This document shows, one piece after another, positions 50,040 through 63,025 of a DNA stretch of 64,000 nucleotides. Every line of letters starts with the position of its first letter. Position 1 is the stretch's first letter. Made by a program: the position numbers and the translations under genes. Source of the stretch: Calcarisporiella thermophila CBS 279.70 (lineage: Eukaryota; Fungi; Calcarisporiellomycota); the NCBI RefSeq assembly GCF_041956535.1, contig NW_027192207.1, positions 467,374-531,373 of the forward strand, in the 5' to 3' direction. A model generated the notes under the pieces. It saw only the letters and a program-made list of their open reading frames with translations. It ran no database searches and was not told the DNA's origin.

Positions 50040-53000
50040 ATGCAGGCATCCACCCGCGACAAACGTGCCTCCACAGCACGGCTTAATTTCTCGGCATCGG
50101 CGGGCGATCCCGTGGTGCAGGAACTTGAGGCCGCACACAAACACTTGAAGGATTTCGCAAAATGGAGCCAAGAAGATAGCGACAATGTGCTCTCCTACTT
50201 CAAGGAAAGGTAAGAGGAAGGATCAGGCTAGCCGAGGCTGATTTCTTGAACCCCCATGGCCGTAGGGGCAAGAAATCAGTGGGGGGGCCCTCTCAAGTTT
50301 CAATGACGAGATGGAATGACCTTTGTTGTGTTATCATGTATAGAATCGAGATTGAAGAGAATTATATCAAGGTGAGTGTGCCCCATCTTCCTTATTATTC
50401 TTGCCATTCACAGCATAATGCACTAACTGCAGTCGCTCGAGCGCTTGGTAACGAAGCAATCCGAGCTGGACGCATCAAGAAAGTGAGTCGCCCCATCGTC
50501 ACCTATGGTTGCTCCCACAGTAATTTCTGACTCTCTTTCGAAGATCCCTTGACAATAAGGCCCGCTGCACCACCTACTACCAAGCCTGGTCCTATCTCTA
50601 CCAAACCACCGATGGCCTTGCTTCGCGGAGACGACAGTTCGTCGCCTCGCTGAGCGAAATCGATCGAAAGCTAAGGGATATGCTGGTACGACCTGGCATC
50701 GTGCTCGTTTTGAATCTTCAGACGCTGAATGGACCCGCCCCCATCTGGGGCGTTTTCTTTGTGTAGGAGCGACATGATCAGATGCGCACAAGGTCCAAGG
50801 ATGCCCTGAAGAATATCACCTCGCAATACCTCGATATGCGGGTCTCCACCGTTCCCAAGGTATGGACTCCGATTCCGGCCCCATTGCTTGTCCCGCTCGA
50901 TAAGAGCAGCCTTCACTGAGCCTTTAAAACTAGCTTAAACGTAGCTATGAGGCCAAATGCCGTGAGCTCGAGCAGGCGCTGCACGCCCAAGCTCAAGCGT
51001 CCAACTTCGATACCCCTCTCCGCGGGAGAGGCGACTCTCAAAGCGCGGGGTCCGAGTTGCGCGACAAGACCTATACCACCTCCCTCGCCGATGATTCGCA
51101 GCCTCATAAGGAGCCGAAAGCACTGGAGAAATTTATGAGCATGTTTGCCAATCCAAATGCCGACCTACTGAAAGCGTCCAAGACACGCAAAGAGATCGAA
51201 GAGAATGGTACGTTGCTATCTGGACTACAGGAAGCTAGCCCTTGCGTTTTTTCCTACCCATTTGCTAACGTCGCTCTGTTTCTTGTAGAAAACGAATATA
51301 GAAAAGCTGTAAGTTGCCTCCCCCCCCTCTCCCTTCCCCCCTTTGCAACCCCCCTTGGTGGTGGTGCTTATTGTTGAAACCTCCCCTTTTTTCTCTCTAA
51401 AGGTGGTAGAGCTTGAGACGCTTCGAGAAGAACAGATCAGCACCATGAACTGGGCCTCCCAAATGGTCAATCTGATGCTCAAGGAGAAAACCTCGTATCT
51501 CAAAAAGATCTTTGGGCGCTACGTCAATTTAGAGCAGACCTTACTTCAGGCCATCGACGAGGTATGGCCTCTTATTTGAGGCTACTTATAATACAGCTTG
51601 CCTTTCGATGGTAGCCTCTAACCGAATAAAATACGCCTTTAGACTGTGGGACAGTTCAGGATAGCGATCGACTGTGTGAATCCGGAATTGGATGCGGAGA
51701 TTTACATGGATGCGCTCAAAGGTGTGACGATGTATCGGATCCCTAAAGTCTTCTATGAAGTAACGTATTCGTGTCGAACCTGGTTTGGAGACGGATGCTA
51801 ATGGGCTTGTGTTTTCATGCGACTCTAGAATTACTACGTCGGCCCCTGCAAAGACATTATCTTCGGAATCCCGTTGACCGCTTACGCTCGAACTAGAAAA
51901 CGCAATGTTCCGTTACTTGTGCAGAAATGTATCCAGTTCATTGACGAGAGAGGTTGGTACCCTCCCCCCCTTTCCCCCCCCAGCGATAATTTCTAGTGGA
52001 TAGAACATGTATTTTTTTTTAATAATACCTCTACGGCAGGGCTCAGCACCAAGGGCTTGTATCGAGTGTCAGCGAGACAGAATCTCATCATCAAATTACG
52101 ATATGCGTTTGAAAAGGATGAGGAGGGAACGGTCTTTGGGCAAAATGGGATCACCGACGATCTGCCAGCCATTGCCGGGCTTCTTAAGGTATACATTTTG
52201 GATATCTGGTTTATATTTTTTTTTTATTTATTTATCGCTGTACTAACACATGGATGTATCTCACTCTCGAATGAGTAGAGCTATTTTCGTGAGCTGCCCG
52301 AGCCTCTGTTCTTGTTTACAGTGCAAGATCGCAAGGAATACTCCAGTGCGTACATTTTACACGCCATAACGCGGCTAACTACTAAATGGGTCATTTTCAT
52401 TTCCGAGTAGGAATTGGCGATGAGTCGTTGCGTCTCACCATCCTAAAATCGCGCCTCCGCACCCTCCCGGATTGCTTGCTTGAGACCCTTCACGTACTGG
52501 TCAAGCATCTTGCTCGCGTGGTTGAACATCAAGATGTGAACAAGATGACCCTCTCCAATCTCTCGCTAATATTCACCCCTGTCATCTTCCATGACCATAA
52601 TCAATCGGATGCACCATCGCAACCCAAGGCCACCGGGATGAGTGGACTGGACTGGTTCGATGACTGCGTGCTCTCGGATTTGATCTGCTATGCCGACGAA
52701 GTGTTTGAAGTCCTCCCGCATCTGGCCGCACGAAACAATTCCATGACGAGCCTGACGTCGGCCGTAACGATAACTGCGGCCGGGCCCGAAGGAAATCCAT
52801 TGGAATCGACATCCACCCACGCAGGTATCGTTGACGATCTGATCAAGGGGGAGCTGAGCGGCGCCAATGGAAAGAGAATCAGCTATGCATCCATCACCGA
52901 TTCCCCATCGGCGATTGCACCCATCGTGGTTCGGCTGGAGAATAGCGTGCCCATGGCTCCTCCAGTGGACGAAATGAACCTGCCTCCCCCCCCTCCGCTA

Positions 53001-53162
53001 CCAATCCATTTCTCGCTGCCTTCCTCCCTGGAGTATCCAATGGATATTCCACCCCGCCCGAGCACCCCCACCCCCGAGCATTCCATGCTGCCGGAACTCA
53101 ATGCGACCAAGGCTAAAGATCCTCGTGCGCCAGGCCAGCCACCGCGTGAATCATCACTATAG
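50040..53162 (+). CDS. F-BAR (FCH) plus RhoGAP protein (Rgd1-like); ~12 exons including micro-exons
   Basis: SYFKER|IEIEENYIK (F-BAR). IFGIPLTAYA...VPLLVQKCIQFIDERGLSTKGLYRVSA, IAGLLK|SYFRELPEPLF, NKMTLSNLSLIFTP (RhoGAP). Confidence 0.88.
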
Positions 53163-54328
53163 ACACGGAGATGGATGGTGGTGGTTTCGAGCATGTGTTT
53201 AACTTCCGAATAATCATGTCTATTTTACCCTGCATCCCCTCCGTCTCAATTATCCGCTCTAATGTTGACAACTGTATTTATATGTCTTTGGATCCCATGC
53301 TATCCCTGTTATTTAATTGTTTTGTTTTTGAAAGATGTTTTTTTTTGGTGCTGGCTGTTTAGTATCAACTCCTTGCTGTTGGAATGCACAGCTAATATAT
53401 AATTGACTCTATCTAACAGGGCCTGCTCGCGCTGCAACCTTCCTTTTTTTCCCCCTTTCCTAATAGGCAGGCGTAGTGTCTAATAGGGTGGCAGATGCGC
53501 GTGCCATCTTGGCCCGCATGATCCGGCAATACTGGTGCAGGATCGTGGCAACCATAATTGTGAAAAGCAGGCACAGCTGGGCGTGTACTCTATACGGAAA
53601 CCCTAAAATATAGCCTCGAAAGAAAAAAGAGCGTCTCGTCACCAAGCTAGCTCGTTCCCGTGGTCAGCCAAAGCCTGCCACGTCGCCCACCACCGCACTA
53701 GGACGGCGGGGCGGCTGGCCGGAAGACCTCCCTAGTCTCGGGCGGAAATGCAGGCCGGCCGGAGGAGCGCTTCTTAAACGCAGGCGCTCTTTGTGGGGGG
53801 TGGCCCGCGCTGGAAAAAAAAATCTCTGGAAATGGCCATTAAACGCGTTTCCATCTGTCGCGATCTGTGTGGCTTTTACGGACCGCCTTCGCATTTTCAG
53901 CACAAAAAATCACACTCTTTCTTACCCTACCTAATCCCACATCTCCATCCCAGAGTTGGTTGCTCCCTACACTTCTCCTCGGATCAGGCCAACTTCGCCA
54001 GGATCAATCATCCCCTCGTCTCCTCCTCTCTCAGCTGCCATATAACAAACCGCCTGCTGCACCCACAGCCCTCTTGAATTGCACTGAAGGATTCAAAACA
54101 TTCAATTGGAGAAAAGAGAAACCTTGCACAACCCCTCACTGATCTGTTTCTATTTTCTCTGGTTTATTTATTTTTTTTATTTCCATCCTATTTCCACTCC
54201 CTTGTTTAACGTCCACGTTGAACGCCAAGCAGACGCTACAAGGCTGGTTCGCGAGCCTCTTTCGGCCCCGCTCATTTTTTCGATTCTCCACTACAACCAC
54301 ATCGGGACGCGGGTCTGAACTAGTTTTT

Positions 54329-55983
54329 ATGGGGCAAACACTTTCGGAACCGATTGTCGATAAACATTCAACCCATGGTGAGGACGATGCGAGGCGGCTT
54401 GCCTATGGAGCATCGTGCATGCAGGGATGGAGACTTAGTAAGTGATCCCTTCCCGCCCTCCCCCTCCCCCCCCACGCCCTCATTGCATCTGCGCATCGTA
54501 AAATGATTCGAAATTCATCTTTTCTTTCTTGGATCTAAAAATAGCCATGGAGGATGCACACACAACTCTACTTAAAATCGATGAAGCCCCAGGCCTGGGA
54601 TTTTTTGCCGTCTTCGATGGCCATGGAGGTAGGGTTGCTGCCTTTTCTGCCCCTTCACCCAATCCATTTTCCCCTGGTTAGAAGGCTCACAATCTCACAT
54701 CTTGCCCTGTCATTGCTAGGCCGAAGTGCGGCAGTGTACTGCGGGGAACAGCTGCACAGCAGGATAATCAAAGACGACGCTTTTGGGCGCGCAGACTATG
54801 CGACCGCCATCAAGAACGGGTTTCTAGGCATCGATATGGACCTGAGACAAGGTAAGATTGGGGCTGCTTCGTTTTCCTCCACCTCGTTCACGGAACAAGC
54901 CCTCTTCCTCTCTGGCTGTGCCCATGCAGACCCTGAATTCGATGATATGTCCGGATGCACCGCCGTCGTTGCCCTGATCACCCCCGACGACCGCATTTTT
55001 GTTGTATGTATAGGCCCCCTCTAACCCCAGCCCAAAAGGCTCATTCCTGTGGCTAATCTCTGGCTCTGTAGGGCAATGCGGGAGACTCCCGCGCGGTCAT
55101 GAGCATCAACGGGGTGGTCAAGCCGCTCTCATTCGACCACAAACCCGCCAATCGCTCAGAGTCTGCGCGGATTGTGGCTGCGGGTGGGTTCGTGGAGTTT
55201 GGACGTGTGAATGGTAAGAGGACTGAGAATAGATGACGCCTCCCTTCCGAGGCAACTGGTATGGAACGTTTTCTCAACGGGTGGGTTGTAGGGAACCTGG
55301 CGCTCTCCCGGGCCATTGGCGACTTTGAGTTTAAGCAGAACATGAATCTCAGCGCCGAACAACAGGTCGTCACCGCCAACCCCGATATCCTGGAGCACCG
55401 AGTCGCCCACGAGGAGGACGAGTTTGTGGTGCTGGCCTGCGACGGAATCTGGGACTGCATGTCGTCACAGAGCGTGGTGGACTTTGTGCGCGAGCATGTG
55501 GCCAACGGCGAGTCCCTCGCCACGGTGTGTGAGAAACTGATGGACCAGTGTCTGGCCCGAGAGAACGAGTACTCTGCCGGCGTGGGGTACGACAACATGA
55601 CGGTGATGGTCGTTGCGCTGCTAGGAGGGAGGACGCTGGAAGAGTGGTACGCCATGATCAGAGACCGGGTCAAGGAAAAGCGAAAGATGAAAGAAGCCCG
55701 CATTGACGACCACGAGGGCATCGAGGAAGATGCGGCCTTCGATCGCCAAGTCGCCCTTGACGCCGGGGACGAGGGAGACGAGCCGGCCACGAATCATGTG
55801 GAGGTCACCTCGACCTCCACCGTCACCCTGGTCAAAGCCGAGGGGCTGGATCAGGCGGAGACGGGCCTGGGGCCGATCGGCCAGGAGGACGCGATGGAGG
55901 AAGCCGCGGTAGCGGGCCAAGCGCAGCAGGGGGAGCGGGCAGCCCAAGAGCAGTCCCCCTCGGGTGATGAAAAGGGGGGATAG
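54329..55983 (+). CDS. PTC2: Protein phosphatase 2C (Ptc2/Ptc3 type)
   Basis: [83 protein letters not shown]. Confidence 0.95.
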
Positions 55984-56752
55984 AGAAGGGGAAGGGGGTA
56001 TGCACTCTCTACGCAGCGTCTCCACACCCTCTCTCTCTCTTTCCCCTATTTGTGAAATATATATAAGTTGCTATATAACGTAGGTGTGTTCTTTTCTTTG
56101 CCACGAACAATGCGTTTGTTTTCTCTTTCCTCTTTTCCACCCCTTATTGCCGTCTCCTTTTTTTTTTCATCCTTTACTTTAACTCTAGAGAGGTTGGCGA
56201 TTCAGGCTCATTTATAAGACTTTCCTCCCCCCCCCCCCCCCGCCCTTTATCCCATCCCTCCCTGCCCCCCCATCCCCATCCTCACCCTTTCCATGAACGT
56301 GGTTCGCTTCTCTTCTTTTTTGATGCTGTGCAAGGAATTTAGGGAGTTAGGAGTATTCTATATATTTTTTCTCTTTTTTTATTTCTATTGTTCTATGTGT
56401 GTCTTTATAAATCATGAACAGAAAAGATCCAATATATAAAATTAAAAAAAAAGAAGAGCGAGAAGAAAAAGTAAAACACTGAAGATAAATAGGGGAGAGA
56501 GGGAAGATGGAGCATCGATACGAGTCGACGACCAGGATCTGCTATTGATTCCAGTATTCATACAAACTTGAATAGAGCCTTTTTTTTCCTGAATGAGAAG
56601 CAAACTAAAAACAGTACCCCTAACACTCCAAAGGCAAAGTAAAAACGATTATTTTTGAGGGGGGGGGAGGGGCGAGAGGTGACGGAGGAAAGAAACAAAT
56701 GGTTGAATTTCTATCCCTCGTCGCTATCCTCAGCATTAAAATGAGTAGCTCA

Positions 56753-57634
56753 TTACTGTTGTTGTGATGATGGTTGTTGTTGGTGGGGGTGGGGATGCTG
56801 CTGCTGTTGCTGCTGTTGCTGCTGTTGGTGCCGCTCCTTCATCCTTGCTCTCCGTCTTGCACGATAGCTGGCCCGGTATTTCTCAAAGCCCTCCTGAAAC
56901 CGTCTGGGCACTCTTCGTGTGAAGGAGATCTCCGCACGATCGTCCCGCACGGTGAACAACATGTTGAAGACACGTAACGAGCGGTTGCACTGCGGAACAA
57001 ATCTACGGGAATCCAAAATGAGAATGAGGGATGGATATGTAGGAAAACCATCTCTCGATGAGGAGGGGTGGGCACATTACTTACTTGTTAGCATAGGAAA
57101 TTTTCTCGCGATAAAATCCAAGGGTAAAGAACAGGGCCATGGAGCCAAGTGCACAGAAGAGCGCCGATTTGTTAAGGAGATGGAGGAAGGAGTTCTATTC
57201 AAGGGGGGGGGGAGAAATGTGGAATCAGAACTTGCTCGATGGGGGAGGTGGGGATAAGAATGGCCATGCTTACACAACTAGGATCAATAAACACCATCCA
57301 TGTGAAGTAGACAATGGTGAGCACCAGACAACCCAAAAATGCTAGCATGGTTTCCGCCAAACCAGATCATCGCGTTAGTGAAGCAGATCCACCGATCGAG
57401 GGAGATCATCATCCTACCTTCATATTGCTTGCGGGTTTTTTTAAGCCGCCGCATGTTGCTCTTCAAGCGCTCCTCGAATATGACCAGATCTCGGTAGGTG
57501 GTCGGGTGCAAGCGCGGGTGCACAGGAGCAGAGCCGGAGGACGAAGGGAGGGAAGATGGGCGAAGGTCATGAGTGGCAGAATTCGGGTGGTATTGCGTTA
57601 TGGGTGAGGAAGGATCGTACAGAGGGGTTGACAT
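56753..57634 (-). CDS. SPO7: Spo7, regulatory subunit of the Nem1-Spo7 phosphatase, with poly-Gln tail
   Basis: YRDLVIFEERLKSNMRRLK, two TM segments, RRFVPQCNRSLRVFNM, FQEGFEKYRASY, CAG/CAA tract at ~56757-56830. Confidence 0.88.
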
Positions 57635-58706
57635 TATATGGAGACGAGAGCTGGACGGGTGAAAATGGTAATGGGGAGGATGGCTAGATCATGGTTCACA
57701 TTCTTCCCTCCTCTTTCCTCCTCCATTTAAAATCCCCCTCATTCTGACGACGCAGCATATTTTCCAAAATGATGGAGGCAGCCCTCGAATTAGACACGTG
57801 AATCCTGCATCTGCGTGCAGAGGAAGCCTTTTCGACAGCAGCATTTGCCCAATCGTGATCAGCGCTGCGGCACATCCTCCCTGATCCCCACTCGATTACA
57901 CGGCCCAATATTGGAGCCATTGCAGGCAGAGGGGTCCAATTTTTGTATGCTTGAATAATGGTGTAGGTTTGATTGTGCGTCCCACCGTTGGGGAGTTTAG
58001 TTAATGGAAAAGCTGATGAGAACGTTTGAGAAGGAGCGAGGCTATAATCCAAGAGCTGGCTGAGTTCCGGGCGAGCAGTACGAGACCATGTCCATTTTCC
58101 CAATAGCACAGGGTGAAGCGCTGGTAGGAACAAGGAGCCGACATTTCAGGCTGCAAAAATGCCAGCCTAAACAGGAGCTCTAAAGTTGATTTCGCTCAAA
58201 CCATAGACCCTCTCCTGACGGGCTCGAGTCAAAACAAAGGGGAGAGTTGTTCGTGATACTGCTAATACTATTCAATGGAATCCTGGACTTGCTATCCTGT
58301 CTATGTCACTAGCCTTGTGATAAGGTTTTCCGCCAGCCACGCCGTCATTCTATATTAGAGGGAATCTACCTGACGACAGCATTGGGTACGCAGCTCTACA
58401 GAGCATGGATTGGAGAATTCTTTAGCAGGCCCACGGTGGAAAGGTTAATGCAATGCTTGCCGAGGGCCAATTTTCTTTGTCAGCATCCAAATACTAGAAC
58501 TAAACAGCATCTGGTCTTAGAGTTTTAAGCCTTGTTTTCTCTTCCCGTCAATCCCACTTCTAAAATAGGGAATCGTAGAGTTGTGGAAAACTTTTCAAGA
58601 ATTTCATTCTCATGCAAATCATGTTGTTGTCAGCATTTGGCTGATTTCTTTAGCCAATTATTTAAAAACATCATCTCGGCCCGTCCATTGGAACCCTCTC
58701 GATTGC

Positions 58707-59896
58707 ATGCCTTATCTACCCGCCATTGTCCCGCAAAAACCTACGCATGAGACGGCCATCCCCCAAGAATGGTCCCCCCGGAAGCAATCGGACCTCGCCT
58801 TCCGCACTGCTGCCTCCATCTTGCTCCAAACCCCTCTCGCCCATTCTCCGGCGCCCCCGTCCTTCGCGCCTCCTCGCCCATATATAAGCAGAGCGGCAAT
58901 ATCGTCTTGCCTGTGCTAAAGCCGTCTCCTCACTGGGCCGCTGCTGGTCTACAGAAGAAAAAAGTGAGGTTTGCTTGGAATCTTGACGTAAGGTTATTCG
59001 TCCAGGAAGGCTCAGGCTTAGAATGGGAAGCGGTGGAAGAGTTCCCATTTGAAATTCGGGGTCAGAGCGACGATGAGGAGGCTGGGACTCATATTGAAGA
59101 TACAATGAGCCGGGATCGTGAGGATGGAAGGCGCACGATATCGGTGTGAGTGGAGGGGGGCCAGAGGGGAATACAGTCCAGACCGAAATGGTGAAATGAA
59201 GCTTGCCCTTAATTGAAGCTTTGCTAAAGAAAACCGATACACCTCTGTCTATCGCGTCTCGTTTCAGAGCATTCTGTGTATGCTAACCACCAAGCCTGAC
59301 TTTATACTTATCTCTCCATCTGAGGGAATCGTTGGATCCCTAAGGGGACTCTGAGCTATCCATCCTTTCCAGATATCATTGCGCGTTTCACACTGCACGG
59401 TTGGGCCAGTGCCCAAGAATCAAACCCGGCGGGTTGATCTCCCGTTCAACACCGACACGCGCCTTCATTCAGCAATGACCAAGAAGATGACACGTCTCGC
59501 CTCAGCCTTTCGATAATGAGCAGAGGGGATGGGCCGGCGGTGGAGCTGGGACAGTGACCATTTCAGCCTTTGCCACGCGCTCCTCGGGCCAAAACGCAGA
59601 GGGGGATGCCGGTATCGTCTCGAGCGCACGTGAACAGGGATCAAGTGGTCGATAGAGTGAGCCGGGATATGGGTGGAGGCAGCTGTGGGCCGACCTTAGC
59701 CTCTGCGTTAGGAACAGGTGAGACTCGGGCTCTAGACCTTGCTCTGCTACCGCCCGAACCCCCATCTTCGCCCACTCGATCGAGGATGGATTCTTTGGGG
59801 GCGGCCGTTGAGATCCCCCTAGCATGGGACTCGGTTAAAGGAAAAGAACTCCCCTTCGAAGAGAGCCTTCCAATTTTCCATTATTCATCCTCTTAG
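58707..59896 (+). pseudogene. Decayed PP1 glycogen-targeting regulatory subunit (Gac1/CBM21-like)
   Basis: MPYLP start. KQSGNIVLPVLK...KKKVRFAWNLDVRLF resembles fungal KKSGExVKPxLK plus RVxF. IIARFTLHGWAS and SRLSLSI resemble CBM21 strands. Interrupted by a frameshift and several stops. Confidence 0.55.
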
Positions 59897-60553
59897 TTTT
59901 CCTTTTCCTTATTTGCCAATTTGGCCCCTTAATTGAGGCAGACTTTGTACAGTGAACCTACCATCAACCTTTGCCGACCCCGAGGCTCCTAGTGGTTTTT
60001 CATATTCCACGGCCCAAACGGATGCAGAGAAGTGGTCCGCCGAGACTCTGTCGAAGACAAAGAGGGCAATGTAACCGTGGCATATGGCCTCCAACAAAGA
60101 CATTAAAGACAATGTCTTTTGGGTAAATTTTCTTGATTTAGCCAGCATTGTTTCAGCAGCAACACATTCACCGACACGGCCGAGCCAGGAAGGCGATGGC
60201 CTCCTTAAATGGCCGGAATCCGGCCAATGGGATTTTCTCACGCCGTCTTGCATTTTATCCGGGAAAGCCCAAAAAAAGACCATCTGGCCCTAGCGTCACA
60301 AAGAAACAAGTGACAGCGGGCCGCGATTGGCCGGCATGCGGGCGAGAAATGAAATGTATCTCGTGTGACATGAATTCTCTTTGCCACTTGAATCCTTTTA
60401 ATATCGGCCGTGTGGAGCTTCAGCTTGATCTATTTTTTTCCACCGGCGCTTGCCGTGCTTCTTCCCTCTCCCGACACTCACCTTTCCTTTTCCTGCTGCC
60501 TCCCTGCCGAACCCCTTCCGTCTCGAGGAATCCCACATCCTTCTTCTCGCACC

Positions 60554-62477
60554 ATGTGGCTAAAGGTAATGGGCGTGCTTGCTCTCCCCGACGTGTCTCC
60601 CGGGTGCTAATGATGCTCTCCAAATGTAGCGGGAGATTGAGTTGTGGAATCTAGCTGTGAATCACTTCGACAAGAAGCAGTATGAGCAGGCGATTAACAC
60701 TTTCAAGGTAATCTCGTGCTGCCTGCGGGCCTGTTCATGCAGCCCCCTCCCCCTCCCATTATACTCACTCGCCCTCTTGCTGGATCGGTAGACTATGGCC
60801 GACTGGGCCAGAGTGCGGTTCAACATTGGAATGGTGTATGCAAACATGGGTTTACAACAAACAGCGGTAGGTTGAGCCCCGAGCTCCACGGATGCCATTG
60901 TCATTGAGTGGCTTTCTCACTAACACGATGAGTGTAGATCCGGTGGTTTGACAGCGCAGTAAAACTGGACAAATACCTTGCCATCGCCTACTTTCAGCGC
61001 GGTGTATCGAACTTCTTATTAGGCAACATGGCCGCCGCTCAGGGCGATTTCAGCCGGGCTCTTATTGTGAGTGACTTTTTGTTTTTAAAGGCTGCTCTCC
61101 TCTTCAGCCTCTAACCCGTGGTCCTCCTTGCCTGGGCTCTTGTTGCTGATAGTGCTTTCGAGGGAATAATACCATTGACTATTCTCAGCTGGGCCTGGAC
61201 TTCAAGCTGTATTCCTGTGAGGTCTTGTTCAACCGGGGACTGAGCCTGATATATCAGGGAAAGATGGAGGAGGGACTTAAGCTGCTGGAGCGGGCACGGG
61301 CAGAAAAGTTGACGCCCGACCACAACGCCATCGACGAGGCCATCGCAGCAAGAGGAGAGGTATTCCAAGAACTGCCATCCCTGTTTATATACAAATGTGA
61401 CTCACTGGTTCTTTTATCCTTCTTCCATGCCGCCAGTCCTTTACCGTGTTCTCGCTCTCTGCAGGCATGCTCTTCCGCCCTTGCAAAGACAAAGTCAAGC
61501 ACACGGCACGGAGACAGTACCTCGAGGAGGCTCGGGTGATCGCCTCCACCGAAGGAGACTTCTCCACCGGCTTCAAAGGCAACGATCAGAGTAATATGGT
61601 GGTCGAGGCGTGCAGCGAGGAGCTGCTCAGCTTCCTCGACAGCCACTCCGACAGCACCCCCATTTCTCCCGGCGTGTTCCCTCCGGCGGCCCCCCTGCAC
61701 GCCAACGCCATGCCGGGGCCGGTGACGCCTGTGGACGGGATGTACCCACTGAAGCTGACGGTGGACACCCCCACCACCTGTAGCCTGCTGGACGAGGATA
61801 TCTCAGTGTCGACCGCGGATCGCGCGGCGAGATCCATCCCCACACCGCCCGAGGAGAAGTCCTACCCTCGCTCGTCGACCAGGAGGCACAGCCGGTACCG
61901 ACCAAGGGGGATGGAGACGGAGGGCGTCATGTACGACGAGCTGCAGATTGCGGAGGAGTACATGACCACGATGCCTTCTCCCTCCGACATGAGCTCCTCC
62001 TGGGACCAAGACTATTCCGTGGCCGACCTGTCCCGCGACTACCCCACCCATCTTCCTTCCCCCCACCACAGCCCCCTCGCGACGGGGGCGGGGATGTACC
62101 CGCACTCGCCGTCGCCGAGAGGCGGGTATCTCTCCGTCCGAAAGGATTCACTATTCTCGTCGTCGGGCGTGTCCGCCGCCTCCTCCTCCGCGACGGACTC
62201 CCAACTCGCCACCAAGATCAAAATCAAGTGTATACCCACGTCCCAGCCGGACCAGATGCGAGTCCTCCTTCTCGACAAAGAGGGGCTGACGTTCAGGGAA
62301 TTGATGCGTCGGGTGCAAGAGAAGTTCCGGATCGATGATCGCGTCGTGCTCCGATATCGCGATGAGGATGGCATGATGGTTATCATGGCCGACGACGAGG
62401 ATCTGGACTGCGCGAGGACGCTCTCCTGCAACTCCAAGCCGGGGAGGATGGAGCGACTGGAGATCTGGGTTTCCTAG
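60554..62477 (+). CDS. noxR: NADPH oxidase regulator NoxR (p67phox-like: TPR domain plus C-terminal PB1)
   Basis: MWLK|REIELWNLAVNHFD, AVKLDKYLAIAYFQRGVSNF, FRGNNTIDYSQLGLDFKLYSCEVLFNRGL, PB1 KIKIK...LRYRDEDGMMVIMADDEDL. Confidence 0.93.
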
Positions 62478-62487
62478 CCCTCACTCC

Positions 62488-62517
62488 CTCCTCCTCCTCC
62501 TCCTCCTCCTCCTCCTC
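62488..62517. repeat. (CCT)n microsatellite just 3' of the noxR stop
   Basis: About 10 copies visible directly. Confidence 0.9.
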
Positions 62518-63025
62518 TTCCCCGAATAGCCCCACCTCCGATCTTGCCGTTTATCCACTGTTGCATACTCTGAAAATTATTTATTTCCCTCCACCTATTT
62601 CATGCTTGTAATTACTAAAATCGAAGAGGGTTAGAGGGGAGGGGGGGGAAGCTAGATCCCCCTCCTCTCCCCCTTAATAGTCAGTTTCCTTTACCTCTTG
62701 TTCTAATCATTTCATTTCCTCGTGGACCTATTTCTCCTTTAATGTAGATATTTCATGTTTATTTCGTTGCTTTCCACTTTTCATTTTCCTATTCGCCCTT
62801 TGATTTCGCTGCATCATTAAAATATTCAATAAAGCATTTCCAAGATACGAGATCCTTTATTTTTGAGTGACGTTGAATACTCCGCGTCCCCGATTTCGTG
62901 TTTTTTCGCGTTCCAACCAAAGTAAGATTCAGGTTGAGATCGCTCCAAGGATCTTCCCGTTGTATTGGATTGAAGAGGCTAACCGCAACCCCCCCCCCTC
63001 TCTCAGAAGGTCGCCCATATCGATC

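Noticed and set aside
59147-59557. Selenocysteine or readthrough interpretation of the in-frame TGAs
   Set aside because: A TAA and a frameshift also interrupt the frame, the TGAs are not in redox motifs, and no SECIS was recognised.
62630-62675. G-run/C-run hairpin in the noxR 3' region
   Set aside because: Low-complexity complementarity in a genome full of G and C runs.
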